A program made the translations under genes and the position numbers. Under the pieces are notes generated by a model. It was given only the letters and a program-made list of their open reading frames with translations. It was not told the DNA's origin and searched no databases. 64,000 bases of DNA from Lingula anatina (taxonomy: Eukaryota > Animalia > Brachiopoda). The DNA lies in contig CM120642.1 of assembly GCA_051362555.1 (NCBI GenBank), positions 19,530,001 to 19,594,000 on the forward strand, written 5' to 3'. Of the stretch, positions 39,940 through 52,364 are shown one piece after another. Within the stretch, counting starts at the first letter, position 1; every line of letters begins with the position of its first letter.

Positions 39940-40490
39940 TAGTTTCGTTTTTCATAAACGAGGCTGGCATACAGAAAATAATGTCGTTTTTCAAAAACGA
40001 ACCTGGCAACCAGAAACTAGTTTCGTTTTCCAAAAACGATTCAGTCAACCAGAAACTAGTGTCGGTTTTTCGAAAAACGATTCTAACCACCAGAAAATTG
40101 TGTCGCTTTTCAAAAGCGATAGTGAGAGAAGCAAGAATTGTTTTGCAAAAAAAAAAAATAAATAAATAAATAAATAGATAAACAGGTAAGGAGTGGATGG
40201 AAGGAGAGGCAACCGGCGATTACATAAGCGTCTACCGTGACCAGATAGCCCTCACCGCGAGACGTCTGCTGATAAGCATCTACGGCGCACAAGCAGCTTT
40301 CACTGCGGAAGATGGGCAGGATGTTTAGGTTGGTGGGAGAAGGCGGGGATGAGGGTTAGGAGGGGAACCCCTCCCGGGGGTCTCCCTTTGATGCCCAAAA
40401 ATTAGTGTCGTTTTTTGAAAAACGATTCTGGCAACCAGAAACTAGTTTCGTTCTTCAATAACGATTCTGAGAGGCCAGAATCGTTTTTAC
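39940..40490. repeat. ~33-bp repeat cluster
   Basis: About 6-7 copies of aaaacgattctggcaaccagaaactagtttcgtttt, interrupted by a duplicated ggagtggatggaaggaga block. Confidence 0.8.
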
Positions 40491-40789
40491 GGAGAGAAAC
40501 AGGAGTGGACGGAGGGAGAAGCAACGAGTGATTAGCATTTACCGTGACCAGGTTACCTTCATTGTGAATGTCGGGAAGAGTGTTGCGGTCTCTCCTGGCC
40601 GTTCGCTAAGACCGAGACGGTCGCGGTCATTGCCTACGGCATACAGGTAGCGGAAGCTGTGCTGAATATTACGGTCTCTTCTCGCTGTGTGGTGAGGCCA
40701 AGACGCCCACTGATCCGCGTTTTCGGCTTACAAGAAGCCTTCACCGGATAAGTCACGCCTCGTTGTAAGTTTGACATGTTTGGCAAGGC

Positions 40790-41588
40790 CTTCTTTCGCA
40801 ATTTCGCAATGTTGGACATGTCCAAAAGATTCTACGAATAGCCTGCGAACAGCTAGGTCGCAAGCGTAACTTGCTCCCCTCGCACGGAGTTAGTAAGAGA
40901 GACGCACGTAGTGCAAGACTCAATTCGCAAGCAATGAAGGAGCAAGTTCCCTTTGCGTGTATAGTAAGGCGTACGACGTCACAACTAACGAACAAAGTCG
41001 AGAGCACACCGGGAATGCGTCGCAGGTGCGTCACCCCCACGCCTGGTGTATAAAAGGAGTGCTCACAACGCACGCTCGTGTCTTTACAATGAACGTTGAC
41101 AATGAACGTTGTGTACAACAATTCTCAAATTGTTCAAATTTTTGCTCAATTTAGTTTCTAATATTCCTCATAAAGGCAAGAGAAAGAAGCTTAGATAGCA
41201 GAAAAAGGGAGGAGAAGAAGAAAGAAGGGGAGAACAGGAAGCAAAACTGACGTACGCCGTCATTACGTCACCAGAAACGTGTGAGACAAGTGTGAAGCAA
41301 AACTGTCGCAAAAGGGCACTACTTTCGCCGTGCGGTGCATTCCCTTCGTAAGTGGTGAGTGTGTGCCACGTACACAGGACGCAAGACAAACTCAAGAAAT
41401 GAGTATAATTTCCACGACCATCGCTCCTTCCAATTAGCGTCCCTGCCTGAAAGGACATCTCATGTGGCCCTTGCGACTCGCAAGGCAGGCTTTCCTCTAC
41501 TCTACGACCTCTACGGCCACCGCAACACCCAAAAATCGCAGGGGACGTACGATCCTGAAATTCGTGCGTCCGGTTGTGACCGAGGCTT
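40790..41588 (+). mobile_element. Non-autonomous TIR element fragment (family Y, Harbinger-like end)
   Basis: Ends ggttgtgaccgaggcttt. Segment 40809-40960 recurs inverted at 41878-42029, which runs on to the same terminus ggttgtgaccgaggcttaa at ~42165. Confidence 0.55.
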
Positions 41589-41737
41589 TTTAAATTTTAA
41601 TATCCAGTCAATTCTATTATATATGTTCAAAAGTAAAAGTGTTTTTCTTAAATTTGCTAGGTGTCTAACTGATTTTCAAATGTTTTTAGGACCATGAATT
41701 TGTACAGTTAGGTTGTTATGGGCGTTTAATCTGGCTT

Positions 41738-42742
41738 AAGCCTAGATTACATTTGAAATGCATATTATAGGGGGTGTGCATTTCAGATACCAGTGTAATC
41801 CAAATCTTTGAAATAGACCTGTCGTTAACGTTCAAATAAGTAAAAAATGTAGGTTTTTCATAACTTAATGAAGAACAACACGCAAAGGGCACTTGCTCCT
41901 TCATTGCTTGCGACGTGCGTTTTGCACAACGCACGTCTCACTTTCTAACTCCGTGCGAGGGGAGCAAGTTTCGCTTGCGGCCTTGCTGTTTGCAGGCTAT
42001 TTGTAGAATCTTTTGAACATGTCCAACATCCTCCGAACGTGCTTACGGGCTGTCTTCAAACTCGAAATTTCGTAAGAAGGACCTGCGTGGGACGTGAGAT
42101 TCTGAGTAAAATTTGGACGCAAACAGCCCGTAAGAGCCCGTACGGCCGGTTGTGACCGAGGCTTAAGGAAGGAAAAGAGACCAAAAGCAGGTTAAACCAT
42201 TATCACGATCATGGCAAGTCCACAGAGCAATGCCCATGCGGAAACTGCGCAATGCCATCTACGATACATGTATTGATACGGCCTGCGGGCTTACGGTTAA
42301 AAAAGTTGTCAAAAGTTTCAGCTTGACAAAATCGTAGAGGCTACTGAGGCGGTGGATCCGCACGATTCCCTACGATTTCGTACGGTCACTGCCTGCCTCC
42401 GAACAGACACAGCACGAAAAGTGATTTACGGGCAGTTTACGAGCAACGTATGGGCATCGCAAACGGGTTCTCGTGGGCCATTTGCAAAGTGTTCGCCCGC
42501 TTATCCTCTTGTTATTCATCATGTCGTTATTTTTCGAATTTCGCATTCGATATTTTAGGAAGCGTAATAATAGTGATATTTCTTTAATTTCTGTGAGCTT
42601 GAAGATGTGCATCTCCTTGATATTTCAGCAATGTATGCAATGTAGACATACTCGGTGTAGCCCCTTACGATGTCAAAAATCGTACGAACAACCGTAAACA
42701 ATTTTATTGCACGACGCCCGTGGCAAATATAATCTAGGCTTT
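41738..42742. mobile_element. Composite TIR element carrying a host 3'UTR fragment and a family-Y end
   Basis: Inverted termini aagcctagattacatttg / caaatataatctaggctt. Segment 41755-41877 is the reverse complement of 31880-32002. Confidence 0.6.
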
Positions 42743-42970
42743 ACATGGCGTCAGTATATGATAATAGATCAAGTGATATCATGTTACGTTTTCGAGTATA
42801 TATAATGTTAAATTAACGGCCTTGCAAAAAAAACTTTCCATGCATAAAAACTAAGATTTCAGATCAAGTATGTGCTCTAGCTAACAAAGAGCCAGAACTG
42901 TTTTAAAAATAGATGTTATGAGTTCTTCTCAGGGTGTGCGGGCGCTCTGAATTAAGTTAGCACATGTATC

Positions 42971-44146
42971 TTTATGTCTCCTCCATCTCAGTGTACCACA
43001 AACTTTTATAGTCTCATTCAAAGCAAGAAAGTAGGTAACAAGGAATATTGTTTGTTCGTGATTTGGCCAAACCAGGCCGCTTTTATTATATAACCCCTCT
43101 ATCCTAATCGTTTTAACAATAATAACAATGTAGCAAATTGTTGCCTGTATTAAATGTTATGGCCTTAGGGATAAAAATTATATATCAAATATTCAATGAG
43201 ACTCATCATCCTAAAAATTATGATGCGACGAGTCAGCAAAAGTTATTATTTACCAACAATTTTGGACAAATTTCATTTGTGGGGTTGCAAAGAGGCCCCC
43301 ACTATGTCGAATATTCAATAACACTAGTTACCCTAAGAAGTGATTCAGTATAAGCTACAGTATAGCATCCAATTCAGCTTGTCTGATTGCAAAGGCGAGG
43401 CCGATGCATTGCCTATTGCAGGATTCTCAATACAAATCTGCATAAGTACCGGCATGACAATGCTGTTAGCGGGTGACCTAACCCCTACTCCCTTTTTTGT
43501 TTTTTTTTTTTTTTTTTTTGTTTTTTTTTACAAAGGAAGGGGGGAGGTTCAGTTTTTCCCATATGCTGAAAACAGCTGGAAGAGTGAACTCTCTGTAATT
43601 GCCATGCCATCCTAGCTTGCACCTTACTAGTTGATTAGTATTATAGTTAACAGTTTTAAGTGGTTATCTGTGGAAGAGCAATTTTTATTCCATTTTATAG
43701 TTATCAATGACTAGAATAAAATGTGAACGAAGAAGCAGAGTCGGGGATAACCTACATACGTATGTTCTAATACAACCAATCCCCTTATATTCCTGATTTC
43801 AACAAATGTAGAGATAGACCCGCAAAGCTTGCTGGGCCGTATTATGAGAAAAGCATGACTGGGTCTTAAAAATAGAGTCAAAAATTCTCATACAACATGA
43901 AAACAGCAGGTACACAAGTTGGATTTTTGCAACACTCATGTCACAACACATTGAAATGACTAATAATCGTGTAAGCAAAAACAGGGAATGGAGCCTGTTT
44001 CGCCCCTAAAACGGTGTATGTCAGATTCATATACAGCTGTTCCAATGACCTCTGCAGTATGCACAGATCAAAAATGGACCCGCAAGGCTTGCTGGGCCAC
44101 TGTTCGATATATTTAAAAAGTAATCGGAAAATGAACCCACTAAAAT
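42971..44146 (+). mobile_element. Same family, 3'-truncated copy C
   Basis: Near-identical to 2127-3279 with the same TTTATGTCTCC start; truncated about 18 bp from the putative exon-1 donor of paralogue 2. Confidence 0.75.
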
Positions 44147-44164
44147 ATCGTTCAGAACTCTTAC

Positions 44165-44305
44165 CTGTGTTGGAGCTACAGTTTTTCTGTCTAAAAAGGA
44201 GATCACTGACCCCTCAGCTGCAAATGCTATCTTGGACCAGTTGTTTTCCCTTGAAGACTTCTCTTCCGCTCGTTCAAAGTCGAGAACTCCCTTCATTTTT
44301 ATTTA
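44165..44305 (-). promoter_or_regulatory. Homologous putative exon 1 and degenerate core promoter of paralogue 2
   Basis: Aligns to 23930-24080 with the donor CAG|GTAAGA conserved at 44164. The TATA position reads AATAAAA and the initiator position reads CGAGC. Confidence 0.4.
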
Positions 44306-44562
44306 GACTCAAAGATCTATCCCATAATGATAAAACTGTCACACTGGCCAATCCTTGCAATGCATGTCAAATAAAGGACGCTTTGGCATACGTGCTACAC
44401 CTTAGGGATTGTTTTTTCGTGATGTGGCTTTATTTCCTTTAATATATCTTTGTGTTTATCAGTAATTAGTTTTTTCCATCATTATTTACTGATAGTTAAA
44501 TCAAGAAGAAGCCTACATATATAACAGACGGCTTTGATCTCGTTAAATTCGAAATGTATTTT

Positions 44563-44596
<34 letters not shown>

Positions 44597-45302
44597 CGCA
44601 TGTTTGTGCCAAATTTACCATTTGCGTACCTATCTACTTATAGATATGCGTGGCTATAAATGCGCTTGATTTTATACAAGTGTACTAATCATTTTCATTT
44701 CGATTTTTCAATATAAAAACACTTGGTAATGTCTTAATTACCTGCTTTCATTTGATACGAATTTCATCAAATGTCAAACATCTAATGCTCTTACCATGGT
44801 TTTACATGTTTTACAAGTTTGATTTCGACTAGCAAACAAGTTAAATCCTATCTTCGTCTGATCGTTTTTTTTTTTTTTTTTTTTTTTTTTTTTGTTTTTT
44901 TTTTTGCATGTCAAATCAATGACGGTTTGGCATACGTGTTACACCTTATGGTTTGGCTTTATTATTTTTATTTTTATCAGGTGTCTTTGTGTTTATCAGT
45001 AATTACTTTTTCGTTATTCTTTGGTGGTAGTTAGATCACGCAGGAACCTATCTTACAGTTGATTTTGATCTCGTTAGATTCGAAATGTGCATCATTCCAG
45101 AAGTAAGACAGTTTGGACTTTACGAAATTTTTTATTTCATTCCCTTACACTGCAGTCATTTTTTTATCAGTATATGTTCATAAGCTTTTGTGACAACATC
45201 TAATTTACATGTATATATGTCTAGATTTTCGTCATTATATAGTGATAATTAGATCACTAAGGGGCCTATATAACAGGTGATTTTGAACTCGTTAAGTTCC
45301 AA

Positions 45303-45339
<37 letters not shown>

Positions 45340-47817
45340 TGTTTGTTCAAAATCTGCCATGAGCCAACATTGATTAAGATAAAACATGTCCTCTTAAACA
45401 TAATTACTTCTATGAGCTGTGATTTTGGACTATGATGTTTGTGAAGAGTACCAATAAAATATTTGCGTACTTAACATGAAAGCCTAAATTATACTTCAAG
45501 GATCATTCACCTCTTACTTCAATCATAGATAAGCATGACTCGAAGGAATCGAATTTAATGTGTGGATATCATCGTTAAACCATTCAAAAGACAATTAAAG
45601 AAGGACAGGAGTAGATTTATTGGTGCCCCCTATCCTCCACCACTTCCTGTGCTCAAGACTATCAAAGTTGCAAAGTCAGTCCCCCCGTTTAAGAAATTTA
45701 AAATAAATATTGCTATCTGAATACATACTTGTGGACTTCCTTGACAAGGTCATAATTGAAATCAAACAAATCTTATTGTTATTCCAAAAGTAACACAATT
45801 TGGACTGTGCTTCCTTTTAGTTTAAATTGTATTTTATTCCCTTAGACTGCAGTTATTTTTACAAATATACATATACTAGCTTTTGTGGCAACAACTCATC
45901 TACACGAATATACGTGTACATGTATACGCCTATCTTCGAAGAGATATGTGTGGCCAAAAATGGGCTTCCTTTTATCCAAGTGTCCTTATCATTTCCAATG
46001 ACGTTTCACTAATTTTTCAATACAAAAACATTTTTCGAGTTTGAATATGCTTCAGGCAATTGATTGGTGATGTCTGAATTACCTGCTTTCATTTGATACG
46101 GATATTATGCAATGTAAATTATTTAATCATCATGGTTTTACCATTTTTTTTCGTGAAGTCGCTTTATTTCCTTTCAGATGCCTTTGTGTTTATCACTTAT
46201 TAGGTTTTCGTCATTTAATAGTGATAGTTAGATCACGTAGGGGCCTATATTACAGGTGATTTTAAACTAGTTATATTCCAAATGTGTGTGTATGTGTGTG
46301 TTCATAATCTGCCATGAGCCAACATTGATTTAGATAAAACATGTCCTCTTAAACATTATTACTTCTATAAGCTACAGTTTTGGACTATGATCAAGAGTTT
46401 GAGAAGAGTACCCATAAAATATTTGCGTACTAAACATGAAAACTTAAATTAAACATCAAGGATCATCCACCTCTTAGTTCAATCATAGTTAAACATGACT
46501 CGAAGGAATCGAATTTCATGTGTGGAAATATCCATTCAAAAGACAATTAAAAAAGGACAGGAGTAGATTTATTGGCGCCCCTTCTCTTCCACCACTTCCT
46601 GCACTCAAGACTGTCAAAGTTGCAAAGTCAATCCCCCCATATAGATATTTAAAATAAATATTGCTACCTTAATACATGCTTGTGGACTTCCTTGAGAAGG
46701 TCATAATTGAAATCAAATAACTCTTATTCTTATTCCAGAGGTAAAACAATTTGGACTTTGTTTCCTTTCAGTATAAATTGTATTTTATTCCCTTAGACCG
46801 CAGTTATTTTTACAAATATACATTTACTAGCTTTTGTGGCAACAACCCATCTACATGAATATATGTGTACATGTGTAAGCCTATCTGCTTATAGATATGC
46901 GTGGCTAAAAACGCGCTTGATTTTATACAAGTGAACTTTTCAATTTTCAATGACGTCTCACTCATTTTTCAATACAAAAATATTTTTCGAGTTTGAATAT
47001 GCTTCAGGTAATTGATTGGTGATGTCTGAGTTACTTGCCTTTATTTGATACGGATTTCATCAAATGTCAAACAATTAATGCTATTACCATGGTTTTACGT
47101 GTTTTACAAGTATGATTTCGACTAGCAAAATAGTTAAATTCTATCTTGGTCCAATCGCTTTTATTTTCCTTCACCGGTACACAGTCGTGAACACCCAGCA
47201 TTTTTATTTAGACCTAAAGATCTATCCCATAATAATAAAACAGTCACACTGGCCAATCCTTGCAATGCTTGTCAAATCAAAGACCCTTCTTCATACGTGC
47301 TACACCTTATGGTTTGGCTTTATTTTTTTGCAGATGTCTTCGTGTTTATCAGTAATTAGTTTTTCCTTATTCTTTGGTGGTAGTTAGATCACGAAGGAAC
47401 CTATCTTACAGTTGATTTTGATCTCGTTAAATTCGAAAAGTGCATTATTCCAGAAGTAAAACAATTTGGACTTTATTTAAAATTTTATTTTATTCCTTTA
47501 CACAGCAGTCACTTTTTTATCAGTATACATTTATTAGCTTTAATGGCAACATCTTATTTACATGTATATATGTCTATCTACTACTAGACGTGTGGCTTGA
47601 TTTTATACAAGTGCACACTGTACATATCATTTTCAAGAACGTTTCCATTTTAAAAACGCTTTTTTCGAATTTGAATATGCTTCAGGCATTAGATTGGTAA
47701 TGTCTGAATTTGATCCGGTTTTCGTCATGCCAAATATCTAAAGCTGAGCTAACTAAAGTTTTACTTATTTTACAAGTTTGATCTCTACTAGCAGGAGAAT
47801 GTTTTTTTTTAATCTAT

Positions 47818-47862
<45 letters not shown>

Positions 47863-50200
47863 TGTTCTTCTACGCATAGCAACAAGTCTCCTTTGTATTT
47901 GCTTAAACGTCCACGTAAAAGAAACAGGTAAAATCATTTCAAAGCATATAAGGGTACTTAACTAAAGAAAAAAATGTTTTCAATGGTTAGGGGTGTATAA
48001 AATGATGGTCAGTTATCTTCTTCAAAAAGTTAAATTCTATCTTAGTGTAATCGTTTTCATTCTCTTCCATTGGTTTAAAGTCTGCATTTTTATTTTAATA
48101 AAAGACTCAAAGATCTATCCCATGATAATAAAACAGTCACACTGGCCAATCTTTGCAATGCATGTCAAATTACGGAATCCATGGCATACGTGCTACACCT
48201 TATGGTTTGATTGTCCGTGATTTGGCTTTATTCCCTTTCAGACGTCTTTGTGTTTATCTGTAATTCGTTTTTTCATCATAATTTAGTGAGAGTTAGATCT
48301 CTTTGGATCCTGTATAACTGGTGATTTTGATCTAGTTAAATTCGAAACGTGTCCTCTCAAACAGTATTATTTCTATAAGGTGCGTTTTTGGACTATGATG
48401 TTTGAGTACCAATAATTTTTTTGTGTACCAAATATGAAATTTTAAATTAAACTGCAAGGGATCATTCACCCCTTATGCCAATCATAGTGAGACGGGTTTT
48501 TTCACATGACTGGAAGGAATCAATTTTAATATGCAGAAATATCCCTTCAAAATACAATTAGAACAAGGACAGAAGTAGGAGAAATATTTGTACCCCCTCT
48601 TCTCCATCACTTCCTGTGCTCAAGAATGACAATGTTGCTAAGTCAATCCCCCATTTCATATTTGAGAATACAGCTATCTAAATACGAGCATGTGGACTTC
48701 CTTAAAGGTCATAAATGAAATCACGCAACTCTTATTGTTATTCCAAAAGTAACACAATTTGGAATTTGCTTCCTATTATTTTAATTTTTATTTTAATCCA
48801 TTAGACTGCAGTCACTTTTTTCCAATAATAGCTCACTAGTCTGTGGCAACAATTCATCTACATGTATATATGGCTCTCTAATCAAGGATATGCGCCCTGG
48901 ATAGAAACGAGCTTGATTTTATACAAATGTACATATCATTTTCTAATTAAATACAAAAACCATTTAATCGAGTTCGAGCATGCACTAGGCATTAGACTGG
49001 TGATACCCCTTTAGTATTTGCTTAAAATTTCAAGTAAACGAAACAGGCCAAAAATTCAAAGCATGTCGGGGTTCTAAACTAAACATGCTACAAAGGAATC
49101 GTAAAACTTTTCAAAAGTGAGAGATGTTATTAATACGATGGTCAGCTATCTACCGGAAAACAGATACATTGTCTTTGTCAAACCGTTTTCATTCTCTTTT
49201 ACTGGTTCAAAGTCGAGAACTCCCTGCATTTTTAGTTAGACCCAATGCTCTATCCCATAATTATAAAACTGTCACACCGGCCAACCCTTGCAATGCATGT
49301 CAAATCAAGGAAGCTTTGATATACGTGCTACACCTTAGGGAATGAGAGTTCGTGATTTGGCTTTATTTCCTTTCAGACGTCTTTGTGTTTATCTGTAATT
49401 CGTTTTTCATCAGTATATAGTGATAATTAGATCACGTAGGAGCCTACATAATAGGCGATTTTGATGTAGTTAAATTCTAAATGTGTGTGCGCGCACATGT
49501 TTGTTCAAAATCTGCCATGAGCCAACACTGATTAAGACAAAACATGTCCTCTGAAACATTATTTTTCTATAAGCTGCGTTTTTGGACTATGATTTTGGAG
49601 AAGAGTACCAATTTAATTTTTGCGTACTAAGATGAAATTTTAATAAAACTACATATATATTTAATTACGTAGAAGGGATCATTCCCCCTTTATTTCAATC
49701 ATAGTAAGATGTTTTTTTTTTTTTAAACATGACTCGAAGGATTCGAATAAAATATGTGGAAATATCCATTGAAAAGACAGTTAGAAAAAGGACGGGAGTA
49801 GGAGATAAATTACCCCCTCTCCTCCACCACTTCCTGTGCTCAAGACTGACAAAGTGGCAAAAAATAAGGGGGCATGTCCACTCTTCCACCTATACCCCCC
49901 AAGCGTCTACGTCAACGCCCTATTTTCGAATCCCATGGAACCAATATAGAATAGAATACCGCTTCGGCAGCTAAACTCACTTTTGCAGCAGCAACTCGAC
50001 AATATATCGATTTATGAAAAACGTGTAGGTTTAACACGCTTGATTTTATACCAGTTAGAGACCATATCTTTTTTTTTTCAAATAACGTTTCAACATGTTC
50101 AATACTCAATAGAAAAACTTTGTTCGCATTTGAATTTGCTTCAAGCATATGCATTACATTGGAGCAGTCTGAACCACACGCTTGATATTTTACCAGTGTC
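44305..50200. repeat. Degenerate long-period repeat array, block 3
   Basis: Marker at ~44336, ~44905, ~47241, ~48133 and ~49269; second marker at ~45534, ~46494, ~48506 and ~49728. Confidence 0.85.
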
Positions 50201-51121
50201 TATATCATTTTCGCGTTAATTGTTTTATTTTTATTCTGGCACAAACGTTTTGAAAGAGACTAAAGAGTAATATTAGTGAACAGAATGAAGAAAACCCTCA
50301 TCCTTATTCTTTGTACATTGTACAAAGTACACGTTTATGACAGAAATAGAAATATCACAAAAAAGCAATAAATAGTCAATATTTTTTTTTTTATTTTAAT
50401 TGTTTTATAGACTCTTATAGTGCTTTCGTGCTAGGGAATGTTGTTTTCAGTTTCACAGTGCTAGGTGCCAGACACAGTGATTTAGATATACATGAAGGGG
50501 CCTCAATAATAGGTGAGGGTCATTTTGACCTATGTCTGAAAGTGGATCGTCCTGGGCGACAGGTGTTTCGAGTTTGGCAAGTTACATTTAGTTTCTTTTT
50601 ACTAACACTTTTTACAACAACGTTTTCAGCTCGTACTTTTTTAATAGGAACTCAAACCCGTACGTTGTATTTGTATTACCTGTACAGATACCAAGACAAG
50701 GACTCACGCAACTGCAAAATACACTGAAAATCTTAGGATTAATTTCATATAAGACATATGAGGAAACCTTCGTAGTCTATAAGAGTCATTCCTTGTTTAC
50801 TGATTACTTTAAAATACTGGGCATGCTAGTAGCGGACACCTTAAACATAGTCGGCCGATTTCATAAAGGAGGTTTAAATTTAAACCTGGTCTAAAGTGAG
50901 TTTAAACCAGGTTTAGGGATTGCCTGCATTTCATAAAGGAGGTTTTAGTATTGGACCAGTGGTCTAGTAAAACCTGGCTTAACATCATTCTAAACCTGGT
51001 CTAGACAGGTTTGTGTTTCATAACTGAGGTCTAAGTTTTTGATACCCGGATTATGGACTCGGACCAAGTCAAAAAATAAACCTGGTCAGACCCAGGTTTA
51101 ACTCTGTAGCTTGGCAAAAAG

Positions 51122-52177
51122 ATGGCTGACGTAGACTTGCGTGATATTCGAGCACTTGACAATTTGGACGCAAGAAGACGCCCTGAGCGTCGCCGACGCA
51201 TTTTTCGAGCAAGGGTTAATTATTTTGATTTCTACGATGAACAAGATTTCAAAATCAGGTTCAGAATTTCTAAAGAAATAGCACGTGAGGTCATAGCACT
51301 GATAGAGGATCGATTAGCACCCTTTACATTGAGAAATCGCAGCATTTCACCGGAGCTACAGGTGCTAACCTGTTTGCGATACTATGCAACAGGTAGCTAT
51401 CAACGTGCTGCGGGTGATCTGAGCGGGATAAGCGTGGCTTCTGTGAGCAGGATCGTGCGTAGAGTCAGCGAGGCAATAGCATTACTAAAGCCAAGGTACA
51501 TTAGGATGCCAGATGCAGAAGAAGCTGACAGAATCAGACAACAGTTCTATCGCGTGGCGCACTTCCCTGGGGTTATCGGGTGTATTGATGGGACACATGT
51601 CAGAATTGCGTGTCCCAGAGGTATCCAGAATACTGCTAGATACATGAATAGGAAAGGATTTTATTCTTTGAACGTACAGGCAGTGTCCGATGCGTCTATG
51701 ATGATAAGAAATGTTGTAACTCGTTGGCCAGGGTCGAGCCACGATAGCACAGTGTTTAGAAACAGTGCACTGGCTGAAAACCTTGCGAGTGGAAGGATCG
51801 GGGGTTTACTCCTGGGTGACAACGGATATGCATGCGAGAGATATCTGCTGACCCCTGTACTGCGACCAGCTACAGATGCAGAGACACGATACAACGCTGC
51901 CCACAGACGCACAAGAAACATAATAGAGAGGGTATTTGGCGCCCTCAAGAGACGCTTTCCGTGCATCGGCATTGACTCACAGCTCAGGTGTCGAACAGAT
52001 ACTGCCCAGGCTGTCATCGTTTCTGTGTGTATACTACACAATTTATCACGAATGCGTGGGGATGAAGACTTCATACCTCAGGAAGGTGATGATGAAGGCG
52101 TCAACATCCCAGTTGCACAAGACGGACAAAGAGGACTGTTATTCAGACGTCTGCTTATTCAGAACCATTTCGCGTAA
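51122..52177 (+). CDS. Harbinger (HARBI1-like, DDE_Tnp_4) transposase, 351 aa
   Basis: Intact ORF with N-terminal HTH region (FRISKE..LRYYATG) and motifs GCIDGTH, NVQAVSD, WPGSSHDS, LLGDNGY, IERVFGALKRRF and ILHN. Confidence 0.95.
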   Translation: MADVDLRDIRALDNLDARRRPERRRRIFRARVNYFDFYDEQDFKIRFRISKEIAREVIALIEDRLAPFTLRNRSISPELQVLTCLRYYATGSYQRAAGDLSGISVASVSRIVRRVSEAIALLKPRYIRMPDAEEADRIRQQFYRVAHFPGVIGCIDGTHVRIACPRGIQNTARYMNRKGFYSLNVQAVSDASMMIRNVVTRWPGSSHDSTVFRNSALAENLASGRIGGLLLGDNGYACERYLLTPVLRPATDAETRYNAAHRRTRNIIERVFGALKRRFPCIGIDSQLRCRTDTAQAVIVSVCILHNLSRMRGDEDFIPQEGDDEGVNIPVAQDGQRGLLFRRLLIQNHFA

Positions 52178-52364
52178 TAACATGGAACTATTCAGCTATT
52201 AATAGGATATATATATATATTTATATATATATATAAACGATTCTCACTCTGTAACCAGAATTTATTCTTCAATAATAACACTATCAAGACATATCACCTG
52301 TTTTGAGTTTTTATTTACAAATCGACAAGCGCACATATATATATATATGAGTGAGAATCGTTTT

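Noticed and set aside
50410-50787. Element bounded by GACTCTTATAG / CTATAAGAGTC
   Set aside because: Only an 11-bp inverted repeat with no clear TSD or second copy, which is insufficient support.
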